DNA of 64,000 nt. It comes from Candidatus Hydrogenedentota bacterium (GTDB lineage: Bacteria > Hydrogenedentota > Hydrogenedentia > Hydrogenedentales > JAEUWI01). Location: assembly GCA_034669905.1 (NCBI GenBank), contig JAXMOL010000012.1:1-64000 (forward strand). Reading direction: 5' to 3'. The position numbers and the translations under genes were made by a program. Under the pieces are notes generated by a model. That model was not told where the DNA came from, searched no databases, and saw nothing but the letters and a program-made list of their open reading frames with translations. Below are positions 10,145 to 19,006 of the stretch, in pieces; within the stretch, counting starts at the first letter, position 1, and every line of letters starts with the position of its first letter.

Positions 10145-10261
10145 AAGGACCTAAAGGACGGAAAGGACATAAACGACGTCCGTGCCCCGTCATTGCGCGG
10201 GGTCAAGCGGCGCTGTATTTCAACAGATGTCCTTTACGTCGTTTTCGTCCTTCAGGTCCTT
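10145..10261. repeat. Intergenic inverted repeat built of ~9-nt AAGGACNNA units
   Basis: Arm 10145-10177 versus the reverse complement of 10229-10261: 28/33 identical. Confidence 0.8.
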
Positions 10262-10275
10262 TCTCGCCGCCCGAG

Positions 10276-12993
10276 CTACTCCCGCGTCAGCACCGGATAG
10301 GGCACGTCATAGCCCTTCACCGCATGCCACAACAACCGGTTAAACAAGCCCTCGTCGGCCTCATCAATATCATCCAGCGGCATTTTCATGGACTGCTTGG
10401 CATAGTAGCGCTGCAGGCCTCGCGTGGCGGATACGGGCGGATTCATCTCGTCGAGGGGGATGTTGTTGGGCTTTACCACGTAGGGCGTGAGGTCCGGGCT
10501 ATTGTTGAAACAATCCGTCATGGGTAAGGCGGCGAGGGTGAGTTGGTTCACCGGGTCGAGCCCGAGGATGAGCTCCATGCTCCGCAGCATGCTGCTCTGG
10601 TTGTAGTGTGTGCTGACCACCTTGCCCCGCTTCGTGTAAGGGCTGATACAGAGCGCGACGGTGCGGTGGCCGTCAACACTGTCCAGGCCCGCCTGCGGGT
10701 CGTCTTCCACCACGAAGATAACAGACTCCGGCCAGTAGGAGCTGTGGCTGATGGCATCCACAATTTGCCCTAGGGCCAGGTCGTTGTCGGCCACCGTAGC
10801 GCGGGGCGTGGGGTAGCCCTCCCGGGTACCCACGGTGTGATCGTTGGGCAGGAGCATCATGGTGAAGTTCGGCAGATTTCCATTCTTCTCAAACGCGGCG
10901 AACTCATCGAGGAAAACCTTGGCCCGATAGACATCCTGCACCTTGCCGGGGAAGCCGATGAAGCCCGGACACAGATGTTCTTGTAAGGTGGGAATTTCGG
11001 CGGTGGCCTCAATCTTAATGGCATCGCCACCGCTCTTATACTGCTCATAGATCTGCGTCCAGGTGGCGTCGTTGGGGGTAATCTTCGCCTGTACCATTTC
11101 ACCGTAGTTACGGAAGGTGAGTCCTTTGGCCAGCACCTGATCCCAGATGAACCCCGAAGAGGCGTACGCCATGGCATCATCGCCATCATAGGGATAGCTG
11201 CGGGTGAACCCGCCGAAGCTCTTCTCGAGATAATCGGTCACATAGCCTTCGGCGACCCACTGGTGCCCGTCGGCGCTCAATACGCCGTTGCAGTAGAAGT
11301 TGTCCAGCAAGACAAATTCTTCCGCCAGCGCGTGGTGATTGGGCGTCACCTCGCGGCCAAAGTGGCAGAGGCTCGGCTCGCCATTGCCTTGTGGCAGGTC
11401 GCCAAAGATCTGGTCATAGGTACGGTTTTCTTTGATGATATAAAAGACATGCTTGAAGGGCGAGACTTCGCCGGGACGTTCAGGCAAGGGCACCGTCCGT
11501 TGGCGGGCCTTCTTCTCGGAGAGTGCCATCTCGATTTGCGGGAGGCGCATGTTGGTGGCCACGCGGTAGGTGTAGTCGTCCAGCGTTGCGTCGTCGGGCA
11601 GGGGAATGGCCGAGACACTGCCCCGGTGGGAGTGGGAGTTGTAGTATTCGCCCGGAGGGATGTGCCCACCCTGGTATTTACTCAGGCGCTTGGCGAGGGC
11701 TTCAAACTCTTTTTGGCGCGAGCCGATGCCCTTGGTGTTGGCCACGTAAAGGGTGCTCCGCTCCGCATCGAGAGCCACGCCGCCGGGATACCACCCGGTG
11801 GGAATGAGGCCCTGCACGGCCCCTTGGGACGTCTCCATGACAGCGATGCAATTGTTGCCACCCAGGGCGGCATAGAGGGTCTGTCCGTCGGTGGAAACGG
11901 TGAGCGCATTGGGCGCACTTCCAAAGGGCAGGGTCGCCTTGGGCTTCGCAATCCAGGTCGCTACCACCGTGGTCGCATCGGGGCGGACCACCGACGTGTC
12001 GAGCACCGATACCGTGTCGCTGTTGGCGTTCGCCACATAGAGGCGCTTTCCATCGGGGGAGAAGGCCATACCACTGGGGTGGAGTCCCACGTTCACGGAA
12101 AACTGGGTCCAACCCTTGGCGTCATTCATGGGGGTGACGTGGTTGTCCATCTCAGCGACGACGGCGGCGCTGGTGCCGTCTTTCATCTTGATGGTGGCAA
12201 GTTGCTGCAGCTGGATGACCGACACCGAGCCGGTGTTGGCAATGCCCCGTTTATCGACGGAGACGGGTGTGCCAGAGGTCAGGCTGGTGGCCGCGCCCTC
12301 TGCCGGATGGTCCCCGCCCCAATTGGTGACGAAGGCAAAATCGCGGGTGATTTTTATGTCAAAGGGCGCCACGCCCACGGGAATTTCTTCCACCACTTTC
12401 TTGGCGGCGATATCGACGATGGCGATGCTGTTGTTCCGACTGAGGCACACATAGACCAGGCCGCGCTTTTCATCCAGGGCCAGGCCACCCGGTGCCGGGT
12501 CGCCCTTGCCACCAGGGCCCGCCATCTCGATTTCGAGATCCCAGGTATAGGTGCCATCGGCCTGGCGTGCGGCGCGGTGCAAATAACGTTTGGAAGTGGC
12601 CACCCAGAAGCTCGTACCGTCGGCAGAGAAAACGAGACCACAATAATTCCCCCCGTCGCGCGGATAGGGCATGGTCTGGCGGATGGCGAGCGTGTCGGCA
12701 TCAAGCAACAGGACGTCCGCCTTGTTTTTCACGGCCAACAGCCCATCGCTGGGGTGGCGCACCACCGCGACGGGACGCCCTGGAAAGTCTACGGTATTGC
12801 CGGCCGGGTCAATAAGCTGGTTGGTGGGTACGATGTACGTACCGTCCCCCAGGGGGCCAACGACCACCTGGTCGAGGAAATCGGTGGGACGCTCCGAGAC
12901 GAGACCGGGTCCGTCCTCGTCGTCATGGCTCGCCGTGGTAGCACAGCCCGCAACGAGTAGCAGGGTAAGGGAAAATAGGGCAGCACAACGCAT
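10276..12993 (-). CDS. Lipoprotein with YVTN/YncE beta-propeller and phosphoesterase (alkaline-phosphatase superfamily) domains
   Basis: Lipobox VAGC; LYVANANSDTVSV repeats; YIIKENRTYD, SADGHQW, LPNDHT, EDDPQAG. Confidence 0.9.
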   Translation of the reverse strand: MRCAALFSLTLLLVAGCATTASHDDEDGPGLVSERPTDFLDQVVVGPLGDGTYIVPTNQLIDPAGNTVDFPGRPVAVVRHPSDGLLAVKNKADVLLLDADTLAIRQTMPYPRDGGNYCGLVFSADGTSFWVATSKRYLHRAARQADGTYTWDLEIEMAGPGGKGDPAPGGLALDEKRGLVYVCLSRNNSIAIVDIAAKKVVEEIPVGVAPFDIKITRDFAFVTNWGGDHPAEGAATSLTSGTPVSVDKRGIANTGSVSVIQLQQLATIKMKDGTSAAVVAEMDNHVTPMNDAKGWTQFSVNVGLHPSGMAFSPDGKRLYVANANSDTVSVLDTSVVRPDATTVVATWIAKPKATLPFGSAPNALTVSTDGQTLYAALGGNNCIAVMETSQGAVQGLIPTGWYPGGVALDAERSTLYVANTKGIGSRQKEFEALAKRLSKYQGGHIPPGEYYNSHSHRGSVSAIPLPDDATLDDYTYRVATNMRLPQIEMALSEKKARQRTVPLPERPGEVSPFKHVFYIIKENRTYDQIFGDLPQGNGEPSLCHFGREVTPNHHALAEEFVLLDNFYCNGVLSADGHQWVAEGYVTDYLEKSFGGFTRSYPYDGDDAMAYASSGFIWDQVLAKGLTFRNYGEMVQAKITPNDATWTQIYEQYKSGGDAIKIEATAEIPTLQEHLCPGFIGFPGKVQDVYRAKVFLDEFAAFEKNGNLPNFTMMLLPNDHTVGTREGYPTPRATVADNDLALGQIVDAISHSSYWPESVIFVVEDDPQAGLDSVDGHRTVALCISPYTKRGKVVSTHYNQSSMLRSMELILGLDPVNQLTLAALPMTDCFNNSPDLTPYVVKPNNIPLDEMNPPVSATRGLQRYYAKQSMKMPLDDIDEADEGLFNRLLWHAVKGYDVPYPVLTRE

Positions 12994-13130
12994 GGTTCTC
13001 TCCTTCTGCGATTGGTTCCGAAAGCACTATAGCACAGCTTCGGATGGCTTCGCTTGTGGCCTTTTTGCGGACGTGGTAAACTGATGGTATCGATGAAGAG
13101 GAGAGGAATTCTTCCTCTGGAGTAGCATTC

Positions 13131-13553
13131 ATGTTTTGGAAATACCGCGGATCAGCACACCGGCCCACTCGGGCGGTCGTACTTTTTGCGTGGTTCCTTG
13201 TAGCCTTTTACCTCCTTTCTTCGGGCCGTGCCCTCATTCCCGGCCTCTGTGCTACACAGAGAATGCTCGATGCCCAGCGGGACGTGCCTTCGTGCACCGT
13301 GTCCGTCCAACGCATCCGTGCGTGCTGTATTCCTCCTTCGACACCAGGATCCGACCCTGAGAGTAGCCCCGCGATTCCCACAGAGTCGGGCTGCGCATTC
13401 TGTAAACTCTTACAGAGCGTGGCACCCGTACCGCCCGGTCTGTCGCTGCCGCCCCTGGCAGCCCTTGCCTTTCGGCTACCCGTTGCGCGGGAAGCCCAAA
13501 GGGCCCACGATGGTGCACCGGGCGACATCCAGAACCGCGCCCCGCCCTGCTGA
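13131..13553 (+). CDS. Putative DUF2946-like regulatory leader (TM segment, CxxC, C-terminal RAPP)
   Basis: N-terminal hydrophobic helix, CC and CAFC motifs, Pro-rich tail ending IQNRAPPC; directly upstream of a co-oriented operon. Confidence 0.7.
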   Translation: MFWKYRGSAHRPTRAVVLFAWFLVAFYLLSSGRALIPGLCATQRMLDAQRDVPSCTVSVQRIRACCIPPSTPGSDPESSPAIPTESGCAFCKLLQSVAPVPPGLSLPPLAALAFRLPVAREAQRAHDGAPGDIQNRAPPC

Positions 13554-13686
13554 GCATGATACGAAATCTCCTATCCATTTCCTGACACCCGAGGTGTGCC
13601 CGGACCGGGCCCTGGCGCTCGCGCCATGAGTTTCGTCCGGTGCGCTGAGACACCTCCACACCCTCCCAAGGAAAAGGAGCATCATC

Positions 13687-14661
13687 ATGCTCAGAAAAGG
13701 ATTCACCCTGATTGAATTGCTCGTGGTCATTGCGATCATTGGCATTCTTGCGGCCATCCTGCTGCCCGCACTTGCGCGTGCGCGGGAGGCGGCCCGACGT
13801 GCCAGTTGCCAGAATAACCTCAAGCAATTCGGCGTCATATTCAAGATGTATGGAAGCGAGAGTTTAGGGGGACGTTACCCCCAGAAACTCTACAATACCG
13901 GTATGGGTGCGCCTGCCCTCGCATGGCATGGCCCCGAACTGATTCCAGACTACCTCACCGATTACAACATCACCATTTGCCCCAGTGATGGGGGCGTTTC
14001 CTCCGATGCCCTGGAAGAGCAACTGGAAGCTATTCTCGCGGGCACCCTGACCGACCTGGCGAGCTATCATGCCGGGGACCTCAATAACGACGGCGCCTTC
14101 GATGGAACGGACCAGGCCCTGTGGCTATCTGCACCCCGTTCCTATGTATACCTGCCGTGGACCGCGCGCAACGAGGCAGAAATGGCGGGCATCGTCGAAA
14201 ACCTGAAGGCCTGGTTTGCAACGGGCAATCCGGGGGCCGGGCCCCCGCCCCTCGCGTTCCCGGACGCCGACAATGATTTGCCGGTGAGTGGCACGACCCA
14301 GACCTACAATGACATCGCTGTGGTCGCCGAGGGGAGTGGTGGGGGCGACGTGTTGTTTCGATTGAGCGAGGGCGTGGAGCGTTTTCTGATAACGGATATC
14401 AACAGCCCGGCCGCGAGTGCGGTGGCACAGAGCGCCCTGCCCGTTATGTACGATTTTATTGCCTCTGCGGAGAGCACGGGACAGTTCCCGGGCGCTTCGG
14501 CCATGGGCCAGGGGGTGAGTAAATTTAACCACCTTCCAGGCGGAGCCAATGTGTTGTATATGGATGGTCACGTGGACTTTATTCGCTATCCGGGAGACTA
14601 TCCGGTGACGCCATGGATCGCGGGCTACTATGCATCGGTGCCCTTTGGCGGCGGGCTCTAA
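13687..14661 (+). CDS. DUF1559 prepilin-type N-terminal cleavage/methylation protein with H-X9-DG motif
   Basis: [15 protein letters not shown]...[41 protein letters not shown]. Confidence 0.93.
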   Translation: MLRKGFTLIELLVVIAIIGILAAILLPALARAREAARRASCQNNLKQFGVIFKMYGSESLGGRYPQKLYNTGMGAPALAWHGPELIPDYLTDYNITICPSDGGVSSDALEEQLEAILAGTLTDLASYHAGDLNNDGAFDGTDQALWLSAPRSYVYLPWTARNEAEMAGIVENLKAWFATGNPGAGPPPLAFPDADNDLPVSGTTQTYNDIAVVAEGSGGGDVLFRLSEGVERFLITDINSPAASAVAQSALPVMYDFIASAESTGQFPGASAMGQGVSKFNHLPGGANVLYMDGHVDFIRYPGDYPVTPWIAGYYASVPFGGGL

Positions 14662-14768
14662 GTGCGGGCGAATACCGTGCCATCGTGATGACGAACACCT
14701 GCCAGACCACCGTTTTGTTGGAAGTCGAACGCCGCGTGAAGGCGGCACAACCCGAAAAAGGAATACCC

Positions 14769-15140
14769 ATGAAGACGAAGATTATCCTGCTGACCATCAT
14801 GTCGGCCACCGGCCTGCTCCAAGGGTGCGGTCAGCCCCAGCCTGCTGTGAGCCCCGAACCTGTGAAGGAGGAGCAAAAAGAGGAGACCGCGGTAGCGCCT
14901 GCTGCCACTATGGAAATGGAGGAGGAGGCCAAGGTCGCGGTGCCCGCCATCGACATCAGCACCCTGGCGTTGAAAGTGGACCCCGTATGCAAGATGAGCC
15001 TGGAAGAATACCCCGCTACGGCAAGCGCCGAATACGAGGGCAAGACCTATGGCTTCTGCTCGGATTTGTGTAAGAGGAAATTCGAGGGCGACCCGGCGAA
15101 AATGTTGGCCCGCGTCGCCCACACTCCGGTAGAAGAATAG
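14769..15140 (+). CDS. YHS-domain lipoprotein
   Basis: Lipobox LQGC; DPVCKM...YEGKTYGFCSDLCKRKF. Confidence 0.85.
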   Translation: MKTKIILLTIMSATGLLQGCGQPQPAVSPEPVKEEQKEETAVAPAATMEMEEEAKVAVPAIDISTLALKVDPVCKMSLEEYPATASAEYEGKTYGFCSDLCKRKFEGDPAKMLARVAHTPVEE

Positions 15141-15261
15141 GCCTGGCCTCCGTTTCCGATTGTCGTGTCTTTCAGGTCGATGGACGTGGAAGCACGCAAT
15201 CGGAAACGGTGCCGCCGGGGTATTCCAAGCCGATACTTCGGATTGCGTATATCGGATTTTC

Positions 15262-15333
15262 TTCCGTGTCGTTCCGTGTGTTCCCTGGCAGGAATATTTC
15301 TTGTGACCACAGAAGACACGGAACGACACGGAA
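15262..15333. repeat. Palindromic repeat, copy 1 (TTCCGTGTCGTTCCGTG...CACGGAACGACACGGAA)
   Basis: Long imperfect hairpin; homologous to 16084-16155 and 16931-17002. Confidence 0.85.
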
Positions 15334-15432
15334 AGTAGAGGGTCCATTTGGGAGGCTCGTTGCTACGGTCCGCCGTAGCAATGAATACCATTCCGCTCCT
15401 GCGAAATCGGGTCCAATTCCGAGGCGGATTGC

Positions 15433-15990
15433 TTACCACATGCTCGCCAGCAGCGATGCCAGAACGATTATCATCGCAGTGCTTGCAAACGCAATCCAAG
15501 GCGAACGGTCATAGCCTGTAGTCAATGTGACTTGGACGGGCACTCCGCAAGGCCGTGCCACCTCATCGGCCCATTGCTCGAGAGCCGCGCCCTCTTCCGG
15601 GTCAAGCAATACGTAGGCCTCATCCACATCGTTCCAGATATGCACTTTGCGATGTAGACCCCGGGGGCCTCGGATGATTCGAATTCGGCTCAGCGTAGAT
15701 AGCAGGATTTGCCGGGATGACTCGCGATTTCGAAATTGGACAGTCTCCGGCCCTACGGTCACCTCCGTCCCTGGTCGTAGTGAACCAAGGAATCGTCCAT
15801 AGAGCAGGTAGAGAGTTAGTGCGGCCAGGAGTATCAGTGAGACCGGATGTCCCAGGTGCAGAAAACCCGGCAAGATGCCCACCAGAGCATTGCCCACAAC
15901 GATGCCCCCGATGAGCGCCATGGTCTGGTTGCGCTGAAAGCGTATTCCCGCCGGGGAAGTTCTAAATGTTTCTGTGACCGGTGTTTCCAT
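15433..15990 (-). CDS. Hypothetical membrane protein, paralog A (2 TM, PH-like soluble part, C-terminal TM)
   Basis: RBS GAGGAGG; homologous over its length to 16288-16839. Confidence 0.8.
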   Translation of the reverse strand: METPVTETFRTSPAGIRFQRNQTMALIGGIVVGNALVGILPGFLHLGHPVSLILLAALTLYLLYGRFLGSLRPGTEVTVGPETVQFRNRESSRQILLSTLSRIRIIRGPRGLHRKVHIWNDVDEAYVLLDPEEGAALEQWADEVARPCGVPVQVTLTTGYDRSPWIAFASTAMIIVLASLLASMW

Positions 15991-16250
15991 GATGCCTCCT
16001 CTTTTGTGACCAGCGGCTTCGTCTGAACCAAATCATTGTAGCATGGGTGCTGTAATCGATGGGATGCGCCTCTTGCGTACTTTTTCCGTGCAGTTCCGTG
16101 TGTTCCGTGGTAGAAATATTTTTTATGACCACAGAAGACACGGAGCGATACGGAAAAAGAGGGGGTATATAGCGCGCGCGGGACGTCCGGCATCCATGCC
16201 GAATTCCCCTTATCCGCAATGGGCCACCATTTTAGTGCCCCCTCGGGCGT
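15905..16250. repeat. ~345-bp direct repeat, copy 1 (gene 5' end, upstream region and palindrome copy 2 at 16084-16155)
   Basis: Highly similar to 16754-17100 at an offset of about 848 nt. Confidence 0.9.
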
Positions 16251-16287
16251 TGCCGGTGGCTGCTGAGTCAGAGCGCCAGCCCAAGTG

Positions 16288-16839
16288 CTAAGCAGTGAAA
16301 ATAGCCGTAATCCATCCGACTGCATTGACCATGAGCACCCCCGCACCAAAGGCAAGCCACATTGCATATCCCATCAGGGTGGAATGGGTCATAGTGACCG
16401 ACACCCCATGACTTCGCGCCAGTTCCCTCGCCCACCGCTCGAGGGCCGCACCATTCTCGGGGTCGAGCAAGAGCACGGCGTCGTTGTTGTCGTCCCAGAT
16501 GCGTATGTGTCGGTGGGTACCCCTGGCGCTTCGGGTGATTTTAATCTGGCGAAGTGCAGCGACGGGAATGCGCCGTGACATGCCATCCCTGCGGAGCCGA
16601 ATATGCTCGGATTCCACCACGGCTTCCATCTTTTTCTGGGGGGCTCCAAAAAATTCGCTCAGCCCGAGGAATGCAATCATCCATAACGGAATTGTGGGAT
16701 CTAACAGGTTAGTGCCTGGCCAGAGGGCATAGATACCGCTTCCCGCGATGACACCCCCGATAAGGGCGATGGTCTGATTGCGCTGAAAGCGTATTCCCGC
16801 CGGGGAAGTTCTAAATGTTTCTGTGACCGGCGTTTCCAT
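16288..16839 (-). CDS. Hypothetical membrane protein, paralog B
   Basis: First 23 aa METPVTETFRTSPAGIRFQRNQT identical to paralog A; shared LLDPExGAALExWA motif. Confidence 0.8.
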   Translation of the reverse strand: METPVTETFRTSPAGIRFQRNQTIALIGGVIAGSGIYALWPGTNLLDPTIPLWMIAFLGLSEFFGAPQKKMEAVVESEHIRLRRDGMSRRIPVAALRQIKITRSARGTHRHIRIWDDNNDAVLLLDPENGAALERWARELARSHGVSVTMTHSTLMGYAMWLAFGAGVLMVNAVGWITAIFTA

Positions 16840-17100
16840 GATGCCTCCTCTTTTGTGACCTGTGCGCCGTCAGAACCAAATCATCATAGCATGGGTGCCG
16901 TAGAGTATGGATTGCGCCTACTGATCTTTTTTCCGTGTGTTTCCGTGTGTTCCGTGGTAGAAATATTTTTTATGACCACAGAAGACACGGAGCGATACGG
17001 AAAAAGAGGGGGCATATAGCGCGCGCGGGACGTCCAGTATCCATGCCGAATTCCCCTTATCCGCAATGGGCCACCATTTTAGTGCCACCCCTTGGGCGTT
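16754..17100. repeat. ~345-bp direct repeat, copy 2 (contains palindrome copy 3 at 16931-17002)
   Basis: Highly similar to 15905-16250. Confidence 0.9.
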
Positions 17101-17281
17101 CCGCCTTGGGTGATCTGGGCGACTCAGGGTTCCGCGCGTGCCTCGCTACCGCTATGCTCCCCGCTGGCCCGGGAATTCGATTTCCAGAGTCCGCTTCGCT
17201 ATCCTGATTCCTATCGCGCACGTGCCTTATTCGCGTGCGCATCCGGTCCTATCACTTCGCCATCCAAGGAAAGTCTGCCCT

Positions 17282-18841
17282 ATGTTGAAACGCCCTATCG
17301 CAATCCTTATCGCCCTGCTCTCGATTTCTCTGGCGCAGGCCGACGTGCGTCTACCGGGATTCTTTTCAGACCACATGGTCCTCCAACGGGACCAGCCGAA
17401 CTTTATCTGGGGCTGGGCCGAGCCCGGCGAGGCCGTGACGGTACACTTCCATGGCGGGACCTTCGAAACGACGGCGGATGCGTCCGGTGCCTGGTCGGTC
17501 CACGTGCCCGCCGCCGGACTGGGTGCGCCTCAAGAGTTGGTCGTGAAGGGGAAGAACACCATCACGGTGAACGACATTCTCATGGGCGATGTGTGGGTTT
17601 GTTCGGGGCAATCCAATATGGGCTGGCCCGTGGGCAAGTCAAAGGACGGGGAGAAGGAAATCGCAGCGGCCAACTATCCGGCGTTGCGCTACTTTCAGGT
17701 GACACCCACGGTGGCCATGACGGAGCAAACAGACATGAAGGGCACCTGGCGTCCAACGAGCCCGGAAGTGGTGGCCCGGTTTTCTGCCGTGGGTTATTTC
17801 TTCGGGCGGGAGCTTCATCAGGAACTCGACGTACCCATTGGCCTCATCGGGACGGCATGGGGCGGCACGCCGATAGAGGCATGGACGAGTCAGCGTGCGT
17901 CGGCGCGGAGCGAGACCTTCAAACGGCTGAATGATGACTGGGCGGGCGATATGGCGCAACACGGGGAGGCGCTCTATGCGTACTACACCGACCGGGGGGA
18001 AAACCGCATCGCACCCCCTGAGACAAAGCGGCACCTCGGCAATGCACCGGGCGTCCCGAGTTTTACCTACAACGCCATGGTGGCGCCCCTGTGGCGTTTC
18101 GGCATCAAGGGGGCCATCTGGTACCAGGGCGAGGCAAACTCGGGCCGGGCGTTCCAGTACCGAGACCTGATGCAGACCCTGATTCTCGATTGGCGGGAAC
18201 AGTTTCGGCAGGGCGATTTCCCGTTTATTATCACCCAACTCCCCAATTATCGGGCGCGGGCGGCGGAACCGGGCGACAGTACCTGGGCGGAACTGCGTGA
18301 GGCCCAAGCGCTGGCGACGGTATTGCCCAGGGTGGGGCTTGCCGTGACGACTGATGCCGGTGAGGCCGACGATATCCATCCCAAAGACAAGCAGGTCGTG
18401 GGCTATCGACTCGCCCAGTCGGCCCTCCATGTGGCCTATGGACAGGACGGGCTCCACACGGGCCCCACCTATGCCGGCATGAAGGTGAAGGGGGACGCGA
18501 TCGTCGTTTCCTTTGACCACGTCAGCGGCGGTCTGACCACCTGGAATCGTCCGGAAGGGACGCCCCACGGCCGTGTCACGCCCCCCCTGACGGGATTCAC
18601 CATCGCCGGAGCCGATGGGAAGTTTGTCGCGGCGGAAGCGGTCATAGACGGCAAAAAAGTCGTAGTGTCGAGTCCTGAGGTAAAGAAGCCCGTCGCGGTG
18701 CGCTATGGCTGGGCGGACAACCCCGCCTGCAATCTCTACAATATGCGGGGATTCATCGGGGCGGCCTACGCCATGCCCCATCTCCCGGCGGCACCCTTCC
18801 GCACCGATGACCTGCCCCTGATAACCCGAGACGCGTGGTAG
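17282..18841 (+). CDS. Sialate O-acetylesterase (SASA family), secreted
   Basis: Signal peptide; DHMVLQR, CSGQSNM, WGGTPIEAW, WYQGEAN, DIHPKDK. Confidence 0.92.
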   Translation: MLKRPIAILIALLSISLAQADVRLPGFFSDHMVLQRDQPNFIWGWAEPGEAVTVHFHGGTFETTADASGAWSVHVPAAGLGAPQELVVKGKNTITVNDILMGDVWVCSGQSNMGWPVGKSKDGEKEIAAANYPALRYFQVTPTVAMTEQTDMKGTWRPTSPEVVARFSAVGYFFGRELHQELDVPIGLIGTAWGGTPIEAWTSQRASARSETFKRLNDDWAGDMAQHGEALYAYYTDRGENRIAPPETKRHLGNAPGVPSFTYNAMVAPLWRFGIKGAIWYQGEANSGRAFQYRDLMQTLILDWREQFRQGDFPFIITQLPNYRARAAEPGDSTWAELREAQALATVLPRVGLAVTTDAGEADDIHPKDKQVVGYRLAQSALHVAYGQDGLHTGPTYAGMKVKGDAIVVSFDHVSGGLTTWNRPEGTPHGRVTPPLTGFTIAGADGKFVAAEAVIDGKKVVVSSPEVKKPVAVRYGWADNPACNLYNMRGFIGAAYAMPHLPAAPFRTDDLPLITRDAW

Positions 18842-19006
18842 GTGGCCGAGCCGGGGTCACACCCGGACTAAAACTCAACAGGCGGTTTCCCATTTGGAAG
18901 TGATGGTCAGGCGTGGCATACTTCAGATTCTGTAGCGGCACGGTGTAGTGCCTTTCTTAATGCCCAGAAGTCTGAAAGCAGCCTACCGTAAAGGAGGAGG
19001 AAACCT

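Noticed and set aside
15262..17002. Integron attC sites
   Set aside because: The palindromes lack RYYYAAC/GTTRRRY ends, lie about 100 nt or more from stop codons, and no integrase is present.
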